From: an uncultured Pelagibacteraceae bacterium
Lineage (GTDB): Bacteria > Pseudomonadota > Alphaproteobacteria > Pelagibacterales > Pelagibacteraceae
Length of the DNA stretch: 64,000 nucleotides
Assembly (NCBI GenBank): GCA_902554195.1
Contig: CACDNT010000001.1
Location: forward strand, 7,756-71,755
Reading direction: 5' to 3'
Positions within the stretch are counted from its first letter, which is position 1. Every line of letters begins with the position of its first letter. Shown piece by piece: positions 17,075-27,354 of this stretch. The notes under the pieces are model-generated. The model saw only the letters and a program-made list of their open reading frames with translations, did not search any database and was not told the origin of the DNA. Made by a program: the position numbers and the translations under genes.

Positions 17075-17935
17075 TTAAGATTTTTTTAATTTCAAAAATG
17101 AGTGAATAGCGATGGTTGCAATTATAACTACCCCACCTTGAAGTGTTTCAATACTAGGCTGTTCTTTTATAATCAACCAAACCCATATTGGACCAATGAT
17201 TGTCTCTAATAAGAAGAAAAGATTTACCTCAGCAGCTGGGATAAACCTTGGAGCAATCGTTACCAACACAAATGGTATAGCAACACATAAAATACACATC
17301 AAAGGCACTATGATAAGATCATTATCTAAAAGAACAAAACTCTCAATAAATAATAAAGCAAAAGTAGCAACAAATAACTTACCCACCACCGCGGCTGGGA
17401 CCAAATTTTTGGATTTTGCAGATCTGATAGTAACAGCACCTACAGCAAGACCAATAGCAGTAATAAATCCTAAAATATCTCCATAAATGTTACCTAATTT
17501 GAGAGAGTCAGAGAAAATGTAAATAATTGCTGCAAAAGTAATAATTATTGAAACCCATGTCTTTCTATCAGGAGGTTCTTTTAAAAAAATTGATCCTAGT
17601 ATGGCTGATAGCATAGGTGCAGTTGCTATCATTACTAGCGTGTTTGCCACATTAGTGTTTTGAATAGAAACTACAAAAGTAATATTTGTAATACTAAAAG
17701 TAACTACATAGATGAAACCGTGGTAACCACTTTCTAAAAGTATCTTAAAAAAATTTAGTTTGTAGATTAATAACATCCCAAAAAAAACTGTTAAGAATGG
17801 AATTATTCCTCTATAAAAAACTAGACCCCAGGTATCAATATTAGAAAGTCTAATAAATAAAGAGTCGGGTGTTATAAACATAACAGCAACAAATGCAAGT
17901 AACGACCCCTTTTGTTGATCTGTCAAGTTTTTCAT
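17075..17935 (-). CDS. DMT/EamA family transporter
   Basis: PDSLFIRL, T.VANTL and IPAAEV.L..LLE...GP.WVW; about 10 TM segments. Confidence 0.9.
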   Translation of the reverse strand: MKNLTDQQKGSLLAFVAVMFITPDSLFIRLSNIDTWGLVFYRGIIPFLTVFFGMLLIYKLNFFKILLESGYHGFIYVVTFSITNITFVVSIQNTNVANTLVMIATAPMLSAILGSIFLKEPPDRKTWVSIIITFAAIIYIFSDSLKLGNIYGDILGFITAIGLAVGAVTIRSAKSKNLVPAAVVGKLFVATFALLFIESFVLLDNDLIIVPLMCILCVAIPFVLVTIAPRFIPAAEVNLFFLLETIIGPIWVWLIIKEQPSIETLQGGVVIIATIAIHSFLKLKKS

Positions 17936-18858
17936 GCTTTAAGACATTTCCAAAAAGTTTTAGCAAGATTGACTTTGGAAATATCAAACAATGTTTTTAA
18001 ACCGGTAGGGGATGTAACATTTATATCTCCATTAAGTTTTTGGTCAATAAAGTCAATCCCTGCAAAATAAATTTGATCTTTTTTCAAATCTTTAGCAATT
18101 AATTTGGAAATACTTTTTTCAAATTTTGTTAATTTAGTATTTTTTGCAGTTGCACCTTTACTCATGTTACTTAGATATGAGCCTTTTCGAGGAACTCTGG
18201 ATATAGCACCACATATTTTTCCATTAATTACAAATATTCTTTTATCTCCTTCGCTTATTTTGGGTAAATATTTTTGACACATTATATAACTATGTTTTTT
18301 AATGAAACTTTTAATAAACTTTAATTTAAATTTATGAAGTAAGTGAACATCATTCCCACTAAAACTATGAATAGGTTTTAAAATTACTTGATTATTTTTT
18401 TTAAAAAAATTTTTAATCTCTTGGATATTTTGCGAAAAAATTGTATTTGGCATAAACTTTTGATATTTTGCTGAATAGAGTTTTTCAGAAATATTTCTTA
18501 GTGCAGTGGGATTGTTTATAATTTTTACTTTATCCTTAAGCGTTTCAAGCATAAAAGTTGAAGATATATACTCTAGATTAAAAGGAGGATCTTGTCTTAT
18601 TAATATATACTTACATTTAATAAGATTTAATTTTTGTTTTTTTAAAATTTTGTAAAATTTTTTATTATTATAATTAAACTTAATAAAAAAACCTTCAGCT
18701 ATTATATCTGAATTTAAAATTGATAAATTTTTCGGATCATAATAAAAAATTCTATAATTTTTTTTTTGAATTTCATTTGCTAAAAAAACACTAGTATCTG
18801 TTTTTGGATTAAGTTTAGAAGGGTGGTTTCCTTGTATAGCAACAATTTTATTTGTCAT
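17932..18858 (-). CDS. gshB: Glutathione synthetase
   Basis: DTS, IRQDPPFNLEY, NNP..LRN..EK, GDKRI and INVTSPTG. Confidence 0.95.
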   Translation of the reverse strand: MTNKIVAIQGNHPSKLNPKTDTSVFLANEIQKKNYRIFYYDPKNLSILNSDIIAEGFFIKFNYNNKKFYKILKKQKLNLIKCKYILIRQDPPFNLEYISSTFMLETLKDKVKIINNPTALRNISEKLYSAKYQKFMPNTIFSQNIQEIKNFFKKNNQVILKPIHSFSGNDVHLLHKFKLKFIKSFIKKHSYIMCQKYLPKISEGDKRIFVINGKICGAISRVPRKGSYLSNMSKGATAKNTKLTKFEKSISKLIAKDLKKDQIYFAGIDFIDQKLNGDINVTSPTGLKTLFDISKVNLAKTFWKCLKA

Positions 18859-20143
18859 ATAAATCGTTTAAATCTTCGCTTTTAGAAAATTTATTAATCA
18901 TATGATCTGCATTTGTTGTTCTATTATCAATAACTTTTTGTAAGTGATTTAAAAACAAACTTTCATTTTTCCCACTTTTATTTAATAAATCTCTATTATT
19001 TAATCCTTTTTTTGAGATTTCCAATAAAGTTGATGCCCAATAAAAAAGATCTTTACCCATTAATTGAGTATTAAAACCTTTTTTAGGAGCATCGAGATAA
19101 GCATTAATTATTTTATCCTTATCCCATGAAGAGATTAAATTATAAACTTCTTCCAAATTTCCATATAACATTCCGATAAAAAATGCAGGTCCTGCACAAA
19201 GACAATCCCAACCGCAAGTATCCATAGATCTTAATTCAATATATTTTTTCAATCTATTTTCAGTAAATATAGTGCTCAAGTGTAACGATAAATCACTCTC
19301 AGTTGGAGGACGATTTTTTATTTCATTTATCTTTCCGTTCATAAAATCTTTAAAAGTATATTTATTACCAGAAAAATAGTTTTGCTTGTCCTGTATAAAT
19401 AAAATTGGAAAATCTACTATAAAATCAGCATATTTTTCAAAATTTAAATTTTCAAAAAATAATTTTGGTAGTCCTCCCCGAGAAGTGTTTTGCCAAACTT
19501 TCGATCTATAAGATAAGTAATTGCTATTTTTTTTTTCAACTATTGACGAATTTGCAAATAAAGCAATAGAAATTGGAACTATTGAATTTACTATTTTAAA
19601 TTTTTTAAAAAAGTCCTCTTCTGAGGAATAATCAATATTTAATTGAGTTCCACAAGTTCTGTACATCATATCTAGACTTAATTCCCCTCCTAATGGCATA
19701 TCCTTTGTCATAAGTTTATATCTTTTTTTGGGATTATTAGGAATTTCATCAAGCTTTGAAATGGGATCGAAACCAGTACTTACAATATTTATATCAAGTT
19801 TTTTTGTGACCTGTTTAAGTTCAAATAAATAATCATAAGATTCTGAGCATGCTTCATGAATATTATTAAGCTTCTCTCCAGATAATTCAATTTGGTTTCC
19901 TGGTTCAAGAGTAATGTTTTTACCCCCTTTGTTTAAACCGACAATATTTTCATCTTCTTTTATTGGACTCCAACCAAATTCATTTAAAGCAGAAAACATT
20001 TCTTTTACTTTTGGGTAATCAATTCTTTTGTTGTTTTTGCTATTAAATAAAAATTTCTCGTGTTCAACACCAATTTTGAAATTTTTCTTTTCTTTTATTC
20101 CAGATTTGAAATATTTAATTATTTGTTCTTTAGAAATAATCAT
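18848..20143 (-). CDS. gshA: Glutamate-cysteine ligase (plant/alphaproteobacterial GCS2 type)
   Basis: IGVEHEKF, TLEPG.Q.ELSG, MM.RTC..Q.N.DY, ALFANS and HLSTIF.E.RLK.YIELR. Confidence 0.93.
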   Translation of the reverse strand: MIISKEQIIKYFKSGIKEKKNFKIGVEHEKFLFNSKNNKRIDYPKVKEMFSALNEFGWSPIKEDENIVGLNKGGKNITLEPGNQIELSGEKLNNIHEACSESYDYLFELKQVTKKLDINIVSTGFDPISKLDEIPNNPKKRYKLMTKDMPLGGELSLDMMYRTCGTQLNIDYSSEEDFFKKFKIVNSIVPISIALFANSSIVEKKNSNYLSYRSKVWQNTSRGGLPKLFFENLNFEKYADFIVDFPILFIQDKQNYFSGNKYTFKDFMNGKINEIKNRPPTESDLSLHLSTIFTENRLKKYIELRSMDTCGWDCLCAGPAFFIGMLYGNLEEVYNLISSWDKDKIINAYLDAPKKGFNTQLMGKDLFYWASTLLEISKKGLNNRDLLNKSGKNESLFLNHLQKVIDNRTTNADHMINKFSKSEDLNDLYDK

Positions 20144-20167
20144 ACTTAATTTATAGCCTACAAAATT

Positions 20168-20725
20168 TTACAGTGAAGAATATGGTTTTCTTGAAAAAAT
20201 TTTTCTCACAAATGGTTTAAAGAAATCTAATGGTAAAGATTTATAATTTGGATCAAAAGAGTTTTGATCATATTTTTCACAAAAATCCACAGTATCTTGA
20301 TAATATTTGTGATTTTTATATTCATCTCTTTTATTCTTGTTTCCTCCTAAATGGTGAGCATAATAATACATCTGAAACACACCATGTTTTTCAACAATCC
20401 AATGAGTTTTTTCTGATACATATGGTTTAAGAATTGCTGCAGCATATTCTGAATGGTTCATTGGAGCTAACTCATCACCAATATCATGTAGCAAAGCAGC
20501 CACAATCATTTCATCACTTTCATCATTTCGATAAGCTCTTGTGGCACTCTGGAGCGAATGTTCTAATCTTGAAACCTGGTATCCCTCTAAAGTTTCAGTA
20601 AGTCCAGACATAAATTTCAATATTCTATCTGCTGTTTTACTTGCAAAATCTTTTTCATGTTTATCAAGAAAAAGATAATCCTCTTTGGTTCCATTTTTCA
20701 TTTCTGTAAAACTTACTTTTTTCAT
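20168..20725 (-). CDS. HD-domain protein, PhnZ-like diiron family
   Basis: LEHSLQSA, AALLHDIG, NHSE, KHG.FQ and YDQ. Confidence 0.8.
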   Translation of the reverse strand: MKKVSFTEMKNGTKEDYLFLDKHEKDFASKTADRILKFMSGLTETLEGYQVSRLEHSLQSATRAYRNDESDEMIVAALLHDIGDELAPMNHSEYAAAILKPYVSEKTHWIVEKHGVFQMYYYAHHLGGNKNKRDEYKNHKYYQDTVDFCEKYDQNSFDPNYKSLPLDFFKPFVRKIFSRKPYSSL

Positions 20726-20728
20726 AAA

Positions 20729-22177
20729 TTAATTATTTGAGGCAGTGCTAAGTAAAGAAAGTTGTGTTATCTTACTATCGCCTAACTCATCAATAGGTTT
20801 TACAGGATAGTCTCCAGTGAAATAATGATCTGTTAATTCTGGATAATTTTCATTTCTTTTATCAAATCCAATAGCTTTGTACATGCCTTGAATAGATAAA
20901 AATTTTAATGATTTAGCACCAATGTATTCACAAATTTCATCATTATTCTTATTCGCTGCCAATAATTCTTTTTTTGTTGGCGTATCAACTCCATAGAAAT
21001 CTGGATATCTGATCTCGGGGCAAGCAATTCTCACATGAACTTCTTTTGCACCAGCATCATAAAGCATTTTTACTATTTTATGAGATGTAGTACCTCTAAC
21101 TAAAGAGTCATCAACAAGAATAATCTTTTTGTTTTCTATTGTTGTTTGATTTGCATTAAGTTTCAACTTTACTCCTAAACTTCTTATTTTTTGACTTGGT
21201 TCAATAAAGGTCCTTCCAACGTAGTGATTTCTAATAAGCCCATGCTCATAATTTTTATTTAAGTGCTGCGCAAACCCTAAGGCAGCAGCGTTTCCGGAAT
21301 CAGGAACTGGTACAATAATATCAGCATCAATATTATTCTCTTTTGCTAATTCTTTCCCTAAATTCTTACGGTGTTCATATGCAGTTTTTCCATTTAAGAT
21401 ACTATCTGGTCTTGCAAAATAAATATATTCAAAAACACAAGGTCTAATCTTTTTTTCTGGAAATGGTTTAATACTTTTTAATTTATCATTTTCTATTAAA
21501 ACAATTTCACCGTTTTCAACTTCTCGAATAAATTTAGCACCTATAATATCTAAAGCACAAGTTTCAGATGCAAGGACGTAGCTATTTTTTAATTTACCTA
21601 TTACCAGAGGTCTTATTCCATAAGGATCTCTTACTCCAACAAGTAAATTTTGTGTCAACATAACTAGTGCATATCCGCCTTGAATTTGAAATATTGCATC
21701 AATTATTTTATCAATAGTTTTTAATCTTTTTGATTTTGCTATAAGTTGAACAATTGTTTCAGTGTCAGAAGTTGTATAAAAAATTGCACCTTCTTCAACA
21801 AGTTTATTTCTTAAATAAATCGAGTTTGTTAAGTTTCCATTGTGAGCAACTCCAATCCCACCGGCATTAGTATCTGCGAAAAAGGGTTGGATGTTTCTTA
21901 ATGTATTATTTCCGGTAGTGCTGTATCGATTATGACCAATTGCAAAATTTCCTCTAAGATTATTTAGAACTTTTTCCTTATTAAAGTTGTCTCCAACCAA
22001 TCCAAATCTTTTTTCCGAATAATATCTTTCTCCATCAAATGTTACTATTCCACACCCTTCTTGTCCTCTATGTTGGAGAGAGTGTAATCCAAGAGCAGTT
22101 AAGGCTGATGCATCTTTTATATTGCTAATTCCAAATACACCGCATTCTTCATTTAACTTAGGATTATAAATCTTCAA
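20729..22177 (-). CDS. purF: Amidophosphoribosyltransferase
   Basis: EECGVFG (N-terminal nucleophile Cys after the propeptide), QHRGQE, GHNRYST, HNGNL and VDDSLVRGTT. Likely TTG start at 22177 (ORF track gives 22249). Confidence 0.96.
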   Translation of the reverse strand: MKIYNPKLNEECGVFGISNIKDASALTALGLHSLQHRGQEGCGIVTFDGERYYSEKRFGLVGDNFNKEKVLNNLRGNFAIGHNRYSTTGNNTLRNIQPFFADTNAGGIGVAHNGNLTNSIYLRNKLVEEGAIFYTTSDTETIVQLIAKSKRLKTIDKIIDAIFQIQGGYALVMLTQNLLVGVRDPYGIRPLVIGKLKNSYVLASETCALDIIGAKFIREVENGEIVLIENDKLKSIKPFPEKKIRPCVFEYIYFARPDSILNGKTAYEHRKNLGKELAKENNIDADIIVPVPDSGNAAALGFAQHLNKNYEHGLIRNHYVGRTFIEPSQKIRSLGVKLKLNANQTTIENKKIILVDDSLVRGTTSHKIVKMLYDAGAKEVHVRIACPEIRYPDFYGVDTPTKKELLAANKNNDEICEYIGAKSLKFLSIQGMYKAIGFDKRNENYPELTDHYFTGDYPVKPIDELGDSKITQLSLLSTASNN

Positions 22178-22721
22178 TTTTTTCTTTAGACTCTTGATAT
22201 GCTTTTTCATTTGGAAAAACTTTAAGTAAATAATTACTACCTTTTTCAAGATATGGAAAGGTGTATGATTTGTTTAAATTTATTGGCCATTTGTCATAAT
22301 TATACACGATATGTACCCCTGAAAATATACATATTGAGATAATATAGGCTCGAATAAATCCAAAAAAGAATCCAAAAACAGTATCTAAACTTCCTAGACC
22401 AGTATATTTGATTGCTCTACTTATACCTTTATTAATCAACAATATTAAAAAGATAACTATAATAAAGATTGTAATCCCAAGTCCTACATCAAGTACGTAC
22501 TCATTATCTATTATATCTTTGACATATGGTTTAAATCTTGGAAATAGAATCAAAGTTATAATATAGGCCAATAACCATTTTGACATTGAAAGTATACTTA
22601 AGACAAATCCTTTGCTGTAACATTTAACTAGTGAAAGAATAGTTATCAATATATAGATTAAATCAATCGAAGAAATTGAATTAAAAATTTCTCCAAAAAA
22701 TTTTAGAGTTATTTCAAACAT
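22164..22721 (-). CDS. cvpA: CvpA family protein
   Basis: D....I....L....KGF and GL..LD...GF.FG..R motifs; immediately upstream of purF. Confidence 0.88.
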   Translation of the reverse strand: MFEITLKFFGEIFNSISSIDLIYILITILSLVKCYSKGFVLSILSMSKWLLAYIITLILFPRFKPYVKDIIDNEYVLDVGLGITIFIIVIFLILLINKGISRAIKYTGLGSLDTVFGFFFGFIRAYIISICIFSGVHIVYNYDKWPINLNKSYTFPYLEKGSNYLLKVFPNEKAYQESKEKIEDL

Positions 22722-22727
22722 ATATTC

Positions 22728-25112
22728 TTATTTTCCAAAAGGCTTAAAAACTAATATTAAAGATGGAAGCAAAGTTAAAACAGAAATCATTGCAAATAGC
22801 ATTGCTAATCCTGTGAAAATACCAAAATAGATTGTAGGTATGAATTTAGATAAAACTAAAATAGAAAAACCAAAGACTATTGTTATAGAGGTATTTAGGA
22901 TTGCAACACCAACTGTTGAATGACAAGTTTTTAAGGTTTTTTTATAGTCATTAATTTTGTTGAACTCCTCTTTAAATCTATAGATATAGTGTATGCTGTT
23001 ATCAACAGCTATACCTATTGTAATAGCAGCAATTGTGATGGTCATCATATCTAAAGGTATCTCTAGCATACCTATTATTCCTAAAATAAAAAAAGCTGCA
23101 ATAAAGTTTGGGACAACTCCAATTAAAGATAACTTGATGTTTTTAAATAAGATAACAAACATTCCAAAAATACCCAGCATAACAAGTCCTAAAGTAAGAA
23201 TTTGAGATTTAAATAAACTTTGTAACAAATTATTGAATAAGATCATTACTCCGGCTAATTTATATCGATCTTCGCTTAATCCAAATTCATTTTGTAGGTC
23301 AAGATTTATTTTTTTGATTAGCTCATTTCTTTTAAGATTTTTTTGAGAGTCAATTATTCTTAAACTTATTCGAGCCTCATTATCTTTTATTGAAATATAA
23401 GGATCAATTATCTCAGTTTTAATATTTTCAGGAATTTTAGTGTATAAAACACCCATTTCTAAAGTCCCGAGAGGTTTATTATTGTTTAATTGAGTTGCAA
23501 CATCAACTATCGATGAAAATGACAAGACTTTTCCTATTTGAGGAAGACTATCAAGATAATTATGTATGTTGGAAATTGTCTCTATCTTATCTTTTGTAAA
23601 CCAATACTTCTCATCATTTTTTTCCTCATCACCCCAATCTTCAAATTCATCATCTTCATCTAATTTATCTTCTTTTTTTTCTGGAAATTTTAAAATTACC
23701 TCTAGTGGTGTTGTTCCACCCAGTTTTTCATCAATTAATTTCATACCTTTATAAATTTCTGTTTTTTTACTAAAATAATTTATAAAACTATTCTCAACTT
23801 CTAATTTACTTATCCCAATTATACTTAAAATAATTACTATCCCAGTAGTTATAAAAACTTGATTTTTAAAATTAATAGAAATTTTTCCTAATGATGAAGT
23901 TATTTTGGAGTCAGCATTTTCCTTTATAAGAGTTTTATTATCTTTTAAAAAACTTAATAAACTTGGAAGCAAGGTAAAAGTAATTATAAATGATGTTATT
24001 AATCCAAAAGTCATCATCAAACCAAAATCTATCACTGGTTTAATTTCACTAAATATTAATGATAAAAAAGCGATAATAGTCGTTAAGGCTGTATAGAGTA
24101 TTGGCCAAAACATTTTTTTTGCAGTTAAAGAAATTATTTCATGATTATCTTTATTTGGATAAAATTTTCTTAATTGTATAAATCTAGTGCTCATATGAAT
24201 ATTCATTGCCATAGTTAAAATTAACATTAGTGCAATAAAGTTTGAGGAAATTACAGTAACTTTCCAACCGATAAGACCTAAAAGACCCATCATTATTATA
24301 ACAGAAAAGAAACAACTACTTATTGGAACCACAACCCAAATTAAATTTCTAAAAACAAACCATAAGGTTGCAATAATAAATGCAAGCACACCTAAACCAA
24401 AAACTATGACATCACTTTTTATAAAGCTCATCATATCATCGGCGATCATTGGTATACCTCCTAAATAAATTTTTCCAATGTCATCGTAACTTTTGATCAC
24501 CTCTCTAATTTCTAGGATATTATTATGATTCCTTTTTTTTATTTGATCTTTAAATATTTGAATTTCCTTATATGATTTATTTTCAATATCATTTAATTTT
24601 TCATTTTCTTTTATATTAACAATTATTCCACTCGTCTTTCCATCTTCACTAATAACAAAGTTCCTGAAAACTGGACTTGCTAAAATTTCTCTAAAACCTC
24701 TCTCCTTATCAACACCTTCATCCTTTAGGGTTTTAAAATTCATTAATCTTTCCTGGAGAGGTGCATCAGAATTATCTAAAAGAGGTATATCCAAGAGAGT
24801 AATAACACTATGTACCCAATCTAAGCTTTGAAGCTTATATTTTAAGCTAAGAAGATTATTTATTGCACTGTCACTTATCATACCATCATTAGGTGTATGA
24901 GTTAAAACTAGAAAATCCTTTGAACCATATCTATTTGTTACTTCTTTTAAGTACTTAAGATCAGGATCACCTTCGATTAAAAGTGTTTCAGAAGACGCAT
25001 CAAGCCTAAAATCTTTTGAGTAATATCCAAAACTAATCAAAGCAATAAATAAAAAAATTAAAACAGATTTTGGATTTTTTAAGATTGTATTTTGGTATAA
25101 ATGATCAATCAT
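22728..25112 (-). CDS. MMPL/RND family transporter
   Basis: Two 1+5 TM repeats with periplasmic loops, GIAVDNSIHY and an acidic insert DEDDEFEDWGDEE. Confidence 0.88.
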   Translation of the reverse strand: MIDHLYQNTILKNPKSVLIFLFIALISFGYYSKDFRLDASSETLLIEGDPDLKYLKEVTNRYGSKDFLVLTHTPNDGMISDSAINNLLSLKYKLQSLDWVHSVITLLDIPLLDNSDAPLQERLMNFKTLKDEGVDKERGFREILASPVFRNFVISEDGKTSGIIVNIKENEKLNDIENKSYKEIQIFKDQIKKRNHNNILEIREVIKSYDDIGKIYLGGIPMIADDMMSFIKSDVIVFGLGVLAFIIATLWFVFRNLIWVVVPISSCFFSVIIMMGLLGLIGWKVTVISSNFIALMLILTMAMNIHMSTRFIQLRKFYPNKDNHEIISLTAKKMFWPILYTALTTIIAFLSLIFSEIKPVIDFGLMMTFGLITSFIITFTLLPSLLSFLKDNKTLIKENADSKITSSLGKISINFKNQVFITTGIVIILSIIGISKLEVENSFINYFSKKTEIYKGMKLIDEKLGGTTPLEVILKFPEKKEDKLDEDDEFEDWGDEEKNDEKYWFTKDKIETISNIHNYLDSLPQIGKVLSFSSIVDVATQLNNNKPLGTLEMGVLYTKIPENIKTEIIDPYISIKDNEARISLRIIDSQKNLKRNELIKKINLDLQNEFGLSEDRYKLAGVMILFNNLLQSLFKSQILTLGLVMLGIFGMFVILFKNIKLSLIGVVPNFIAAFFILGIIGMLEIPLDMMTITIAAITIGIAVDNSIHYIYRFKEEFNKINDYKKTLKTCHSTVGVAILNTSITIVFGFSILVLSKFIPTIYFGIFTGLAMLFAMISVLTLLPSLILVFKPFGK

Positions 25113-25132
25113 TTATCCTGTTATATTGTAAA

Positions 25133-26548
25133 TTAATTATTTTGAGTATCTTTAAATTTTGTAAATCTTTCCTCAAACTCAAGCGTTACTTTGCCTATAG
25201 GACCGTGTCGTTGTTTCCCAATGATAATTTCAGCTAAATGCGCAACCTCATTCATTTTTGCCTGCCATTCTGCGTGTTCAACTGTTGCTTCTCTTGGTTC
25301 TTTTCTCTGTAGATAATACCCTTCTCTATAAACAAACATCACTACATCAGCATCTTGCTCAATTGAGCCTGACTCTCTTAAATCTGCAAGCTGAGGTTTA
25401 TGGTCGTCTCTCTGCTCAACTTGTCTAGATAGCTGTGACAATGCCAGAACAGGTACACCCAACTCTTTTGCAATAGCTTTTAATCCTTGTGTAATTTGCG
25501 AAATCTCCTGTACTCTTCCATCTTTATTATTCAAAGAGCCTTTCATAAGTTGAATATAGTCAACAACAATTAAATCTAAACCATGTAGTCTTTTAATTCT
25601 TCTTGCTCTATTGCTCATCGCCGCGATACTTATTGCTGGTGTTTCATCAATAAATAATGGAAGTTCTGAAATATTTTTAGATGTTTCAAGAAATTGGTCA
25701 AATTGTTCATCAGAAATTTTTCCTCTTCTAATATCATTAGAGCCAATTCTTGCTTGTTCAGAAATAATTCTTGTTGAAAGTTGCTCTGATGACATTTCTA
25801 ATGAAAAAAAAGCCACAGATGATTTTAATCCATTATTTAAAATATTTTGAGCTGCATTAAAAGCAATATTTGTTGCAAGCGAGGTTTTACCCATAGATGG
25901 TCTACCAGCAATAATTATTAAATCCGATTGATGGAGACCACCTAGTTTATCGTCTAAGCTTCTAAGTCCAGTAGGGACTCCTACAATTCCACTTTCATTT
26001 TTATAAGCTGCAGATGCCATTTCGATTGTTTGTTTCATGGCATCATCAAATTTAATTAATGATGAACTGAATGTTCCTTTTTCAGCCAAATCGTAAAGAA
26101 GTTTTTCTGAATTCTCTATAATATTTTGACCATTTGACTCAAGATCACTTTCTTTTGCACTATCGATTATTTGTTCAGAAATTTTAATCAATTCTCTTCT
26201 GACAAACATGTCATATATAATTTTAGAATACTCGATTGCTTGTCTTACTGATGTTGAGAATTTAGTTATCTTTACTAGGTATTCCGGAATATTGAGTTCA
26301 TCTTTTTCATTTTCGAAATAACTTTTTAAAGTAATTGGATTAGCAAGCATCCCTTTATAGATCATGCTTTCAATCGCATTAAAAATTTTTTGATGCATAG
26401 GATCATAAAAGTTAATATTTGATATTATAGTATTAATCTCATCAAAAATTTCATTTGATACCAGAATTGAACCTATAACAGATTGTTCAGCCTCAACGTT
26501 GTTAGGTAATTCTTTAAAATTATCTTTTATAATACTTAAGTTTTCCAC
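25133..26548 (-). CDS. dnaB: Replicative DNA helicase
   Basis: EAEQSVIG, AGRPSMGKT, FSLEMS, VDYIQL, SQLSR, LRESGSIEQDAD and KQRHGP; GTG start. Confidence 0.98.
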   Translation of the reverse strand: MENLSIIKDNFKELPNNVEAEQSVIGSILVSNEIFDEINTIISNINFYDPMHQKIFNAIESMIYKGMLANPITLKSYFENEKDELNIPEYLVKITKFSTSVRQAIEYSKIIYDMFVRRELIKISEQIIDSAKESDLESNGQNIIENSEKLLYDLAEKGTFSSSLIKFDDAMKQTIEMASAAYKNESGIVGVPTGLRSLDDKLGGLHQSDLIIIAGRPSMGKTSLATNIAFNAAQNILNNGLKSSVAFFSLEMSSEQLSTRIISEQARIGSNDIRRGKISDEQFDQFLETSKNISELPLFIDETPAISIAAMSNRARRIKRLHGLDLIVVDYIQLMKGSLNNKDGRVQEISQITQGLKAIAKELGVPVLALSQLSRQVEQRDDHKPQLADLRESGSIEQDADVVMFVYREGYYLQRKEPREATVEHAEWQAKMNEVAHLAEIIIGKQRHGPIGKVTLEFEERFTKFKDTQNN

Positions 26549-26615
26549 TTATGTAATTTTACATAAATAATTTTAACTTAAAATTTAAAAAAAAGCTGTG
26601 GATGAAATTGTATAA

Positions 26616-27074
26616 TTATTGAATTGTTTCTGCTGTTTTGACATCAATTGTGATTTCAGCATCAACTTCTGAGTGTAGAGTAATTTTTACTTTGAATTTA
26701 CCCAAAGATTTTATTTCTTTGATAGGCTGTATCATTGAGGGTTTAATTTCAATTTTACTTTTTTCAAAGATTAATTTTGATATTTCAGTTGGTTTAACTG
26801 AGCCATATAATTCTTTATTTTCTGTGCTAAGTTTTTTGACACTATACTCTTTCTTATTTATTTTTTCTGAAATTGTTTTAGCCTCTTGTTTTTTTTCATT
26901 ATCTTTTTTCGAGAGTTCTGATTTAATTTTTTCTACTTGATTGATATTTTCTTTAGAAGCATAAAGAGCTTTTTTGTTAGCAATTAAAAAATTTCTAGCA
27001 AAACCTCTTTTTACATCTATTACATCCCCAATAGACCCTATTCTCTTTAAATTTTCTAATAATATTACTTTCAT
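26616..27074 (-). CDS. rplI: 50S ribosomal protein L9
   Basis: MKVILLE...G..GDV..VK.GFARNFL and LYGSV. Confidence 0.97.
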   Translation of the reverse strand: MKVILLENLKRIGSIGDVIDVKRGFARNFLIANKKALYASKENINQVEKIKSELSKKDNEKKQEAKTISEKINKKEYSVKKLSTENKELYGSVKPTEISKLIFEKSKIEIKPSMIQPIKEIKSLGKFKVKITLHSEVDAEITIDVKTAETIQ

Positions 27075-27346
27075 TAAATTAATGCTAAATTTCTTGCTCT
27101 CTTAATTGATAGAGAAAGCTCTCTTTGTTTTTTTTGTGAAATATTTGTAATTCTTGACGGAAGTATTTTACCATTTTCGGAAACATATTTTTTAAGAAGT
27201 TTAATATTCTTATAATCTATTTTTGGAGCACCTTTTATAGAAAGCGGACAAGTTTTTTTAAATTTATATTTATTTGGTTGAAAAATACTTAACTTTGCAA
27301 AATTACTTTGTTTATTTTTTCTGTTACCACTTTGTTTTTTTGGCAT
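27074..27346 (-). CDS. rpsR: 30S ribosomal protein S18
   Basis: [20 protein letters not shown] and QR.L...IKRAR. Confidence 0.96.
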   Translation of the reverse strand: MPKKQSGNRKNKQSNFAKLSIFQPNKYKFKKTCPLSIKGAPKIDYKNIKLLKKYVSENGKILPSRITNISQKKQRELSLSIKRARNLALI

Positions 27347-27354
27347 AATTAGTT

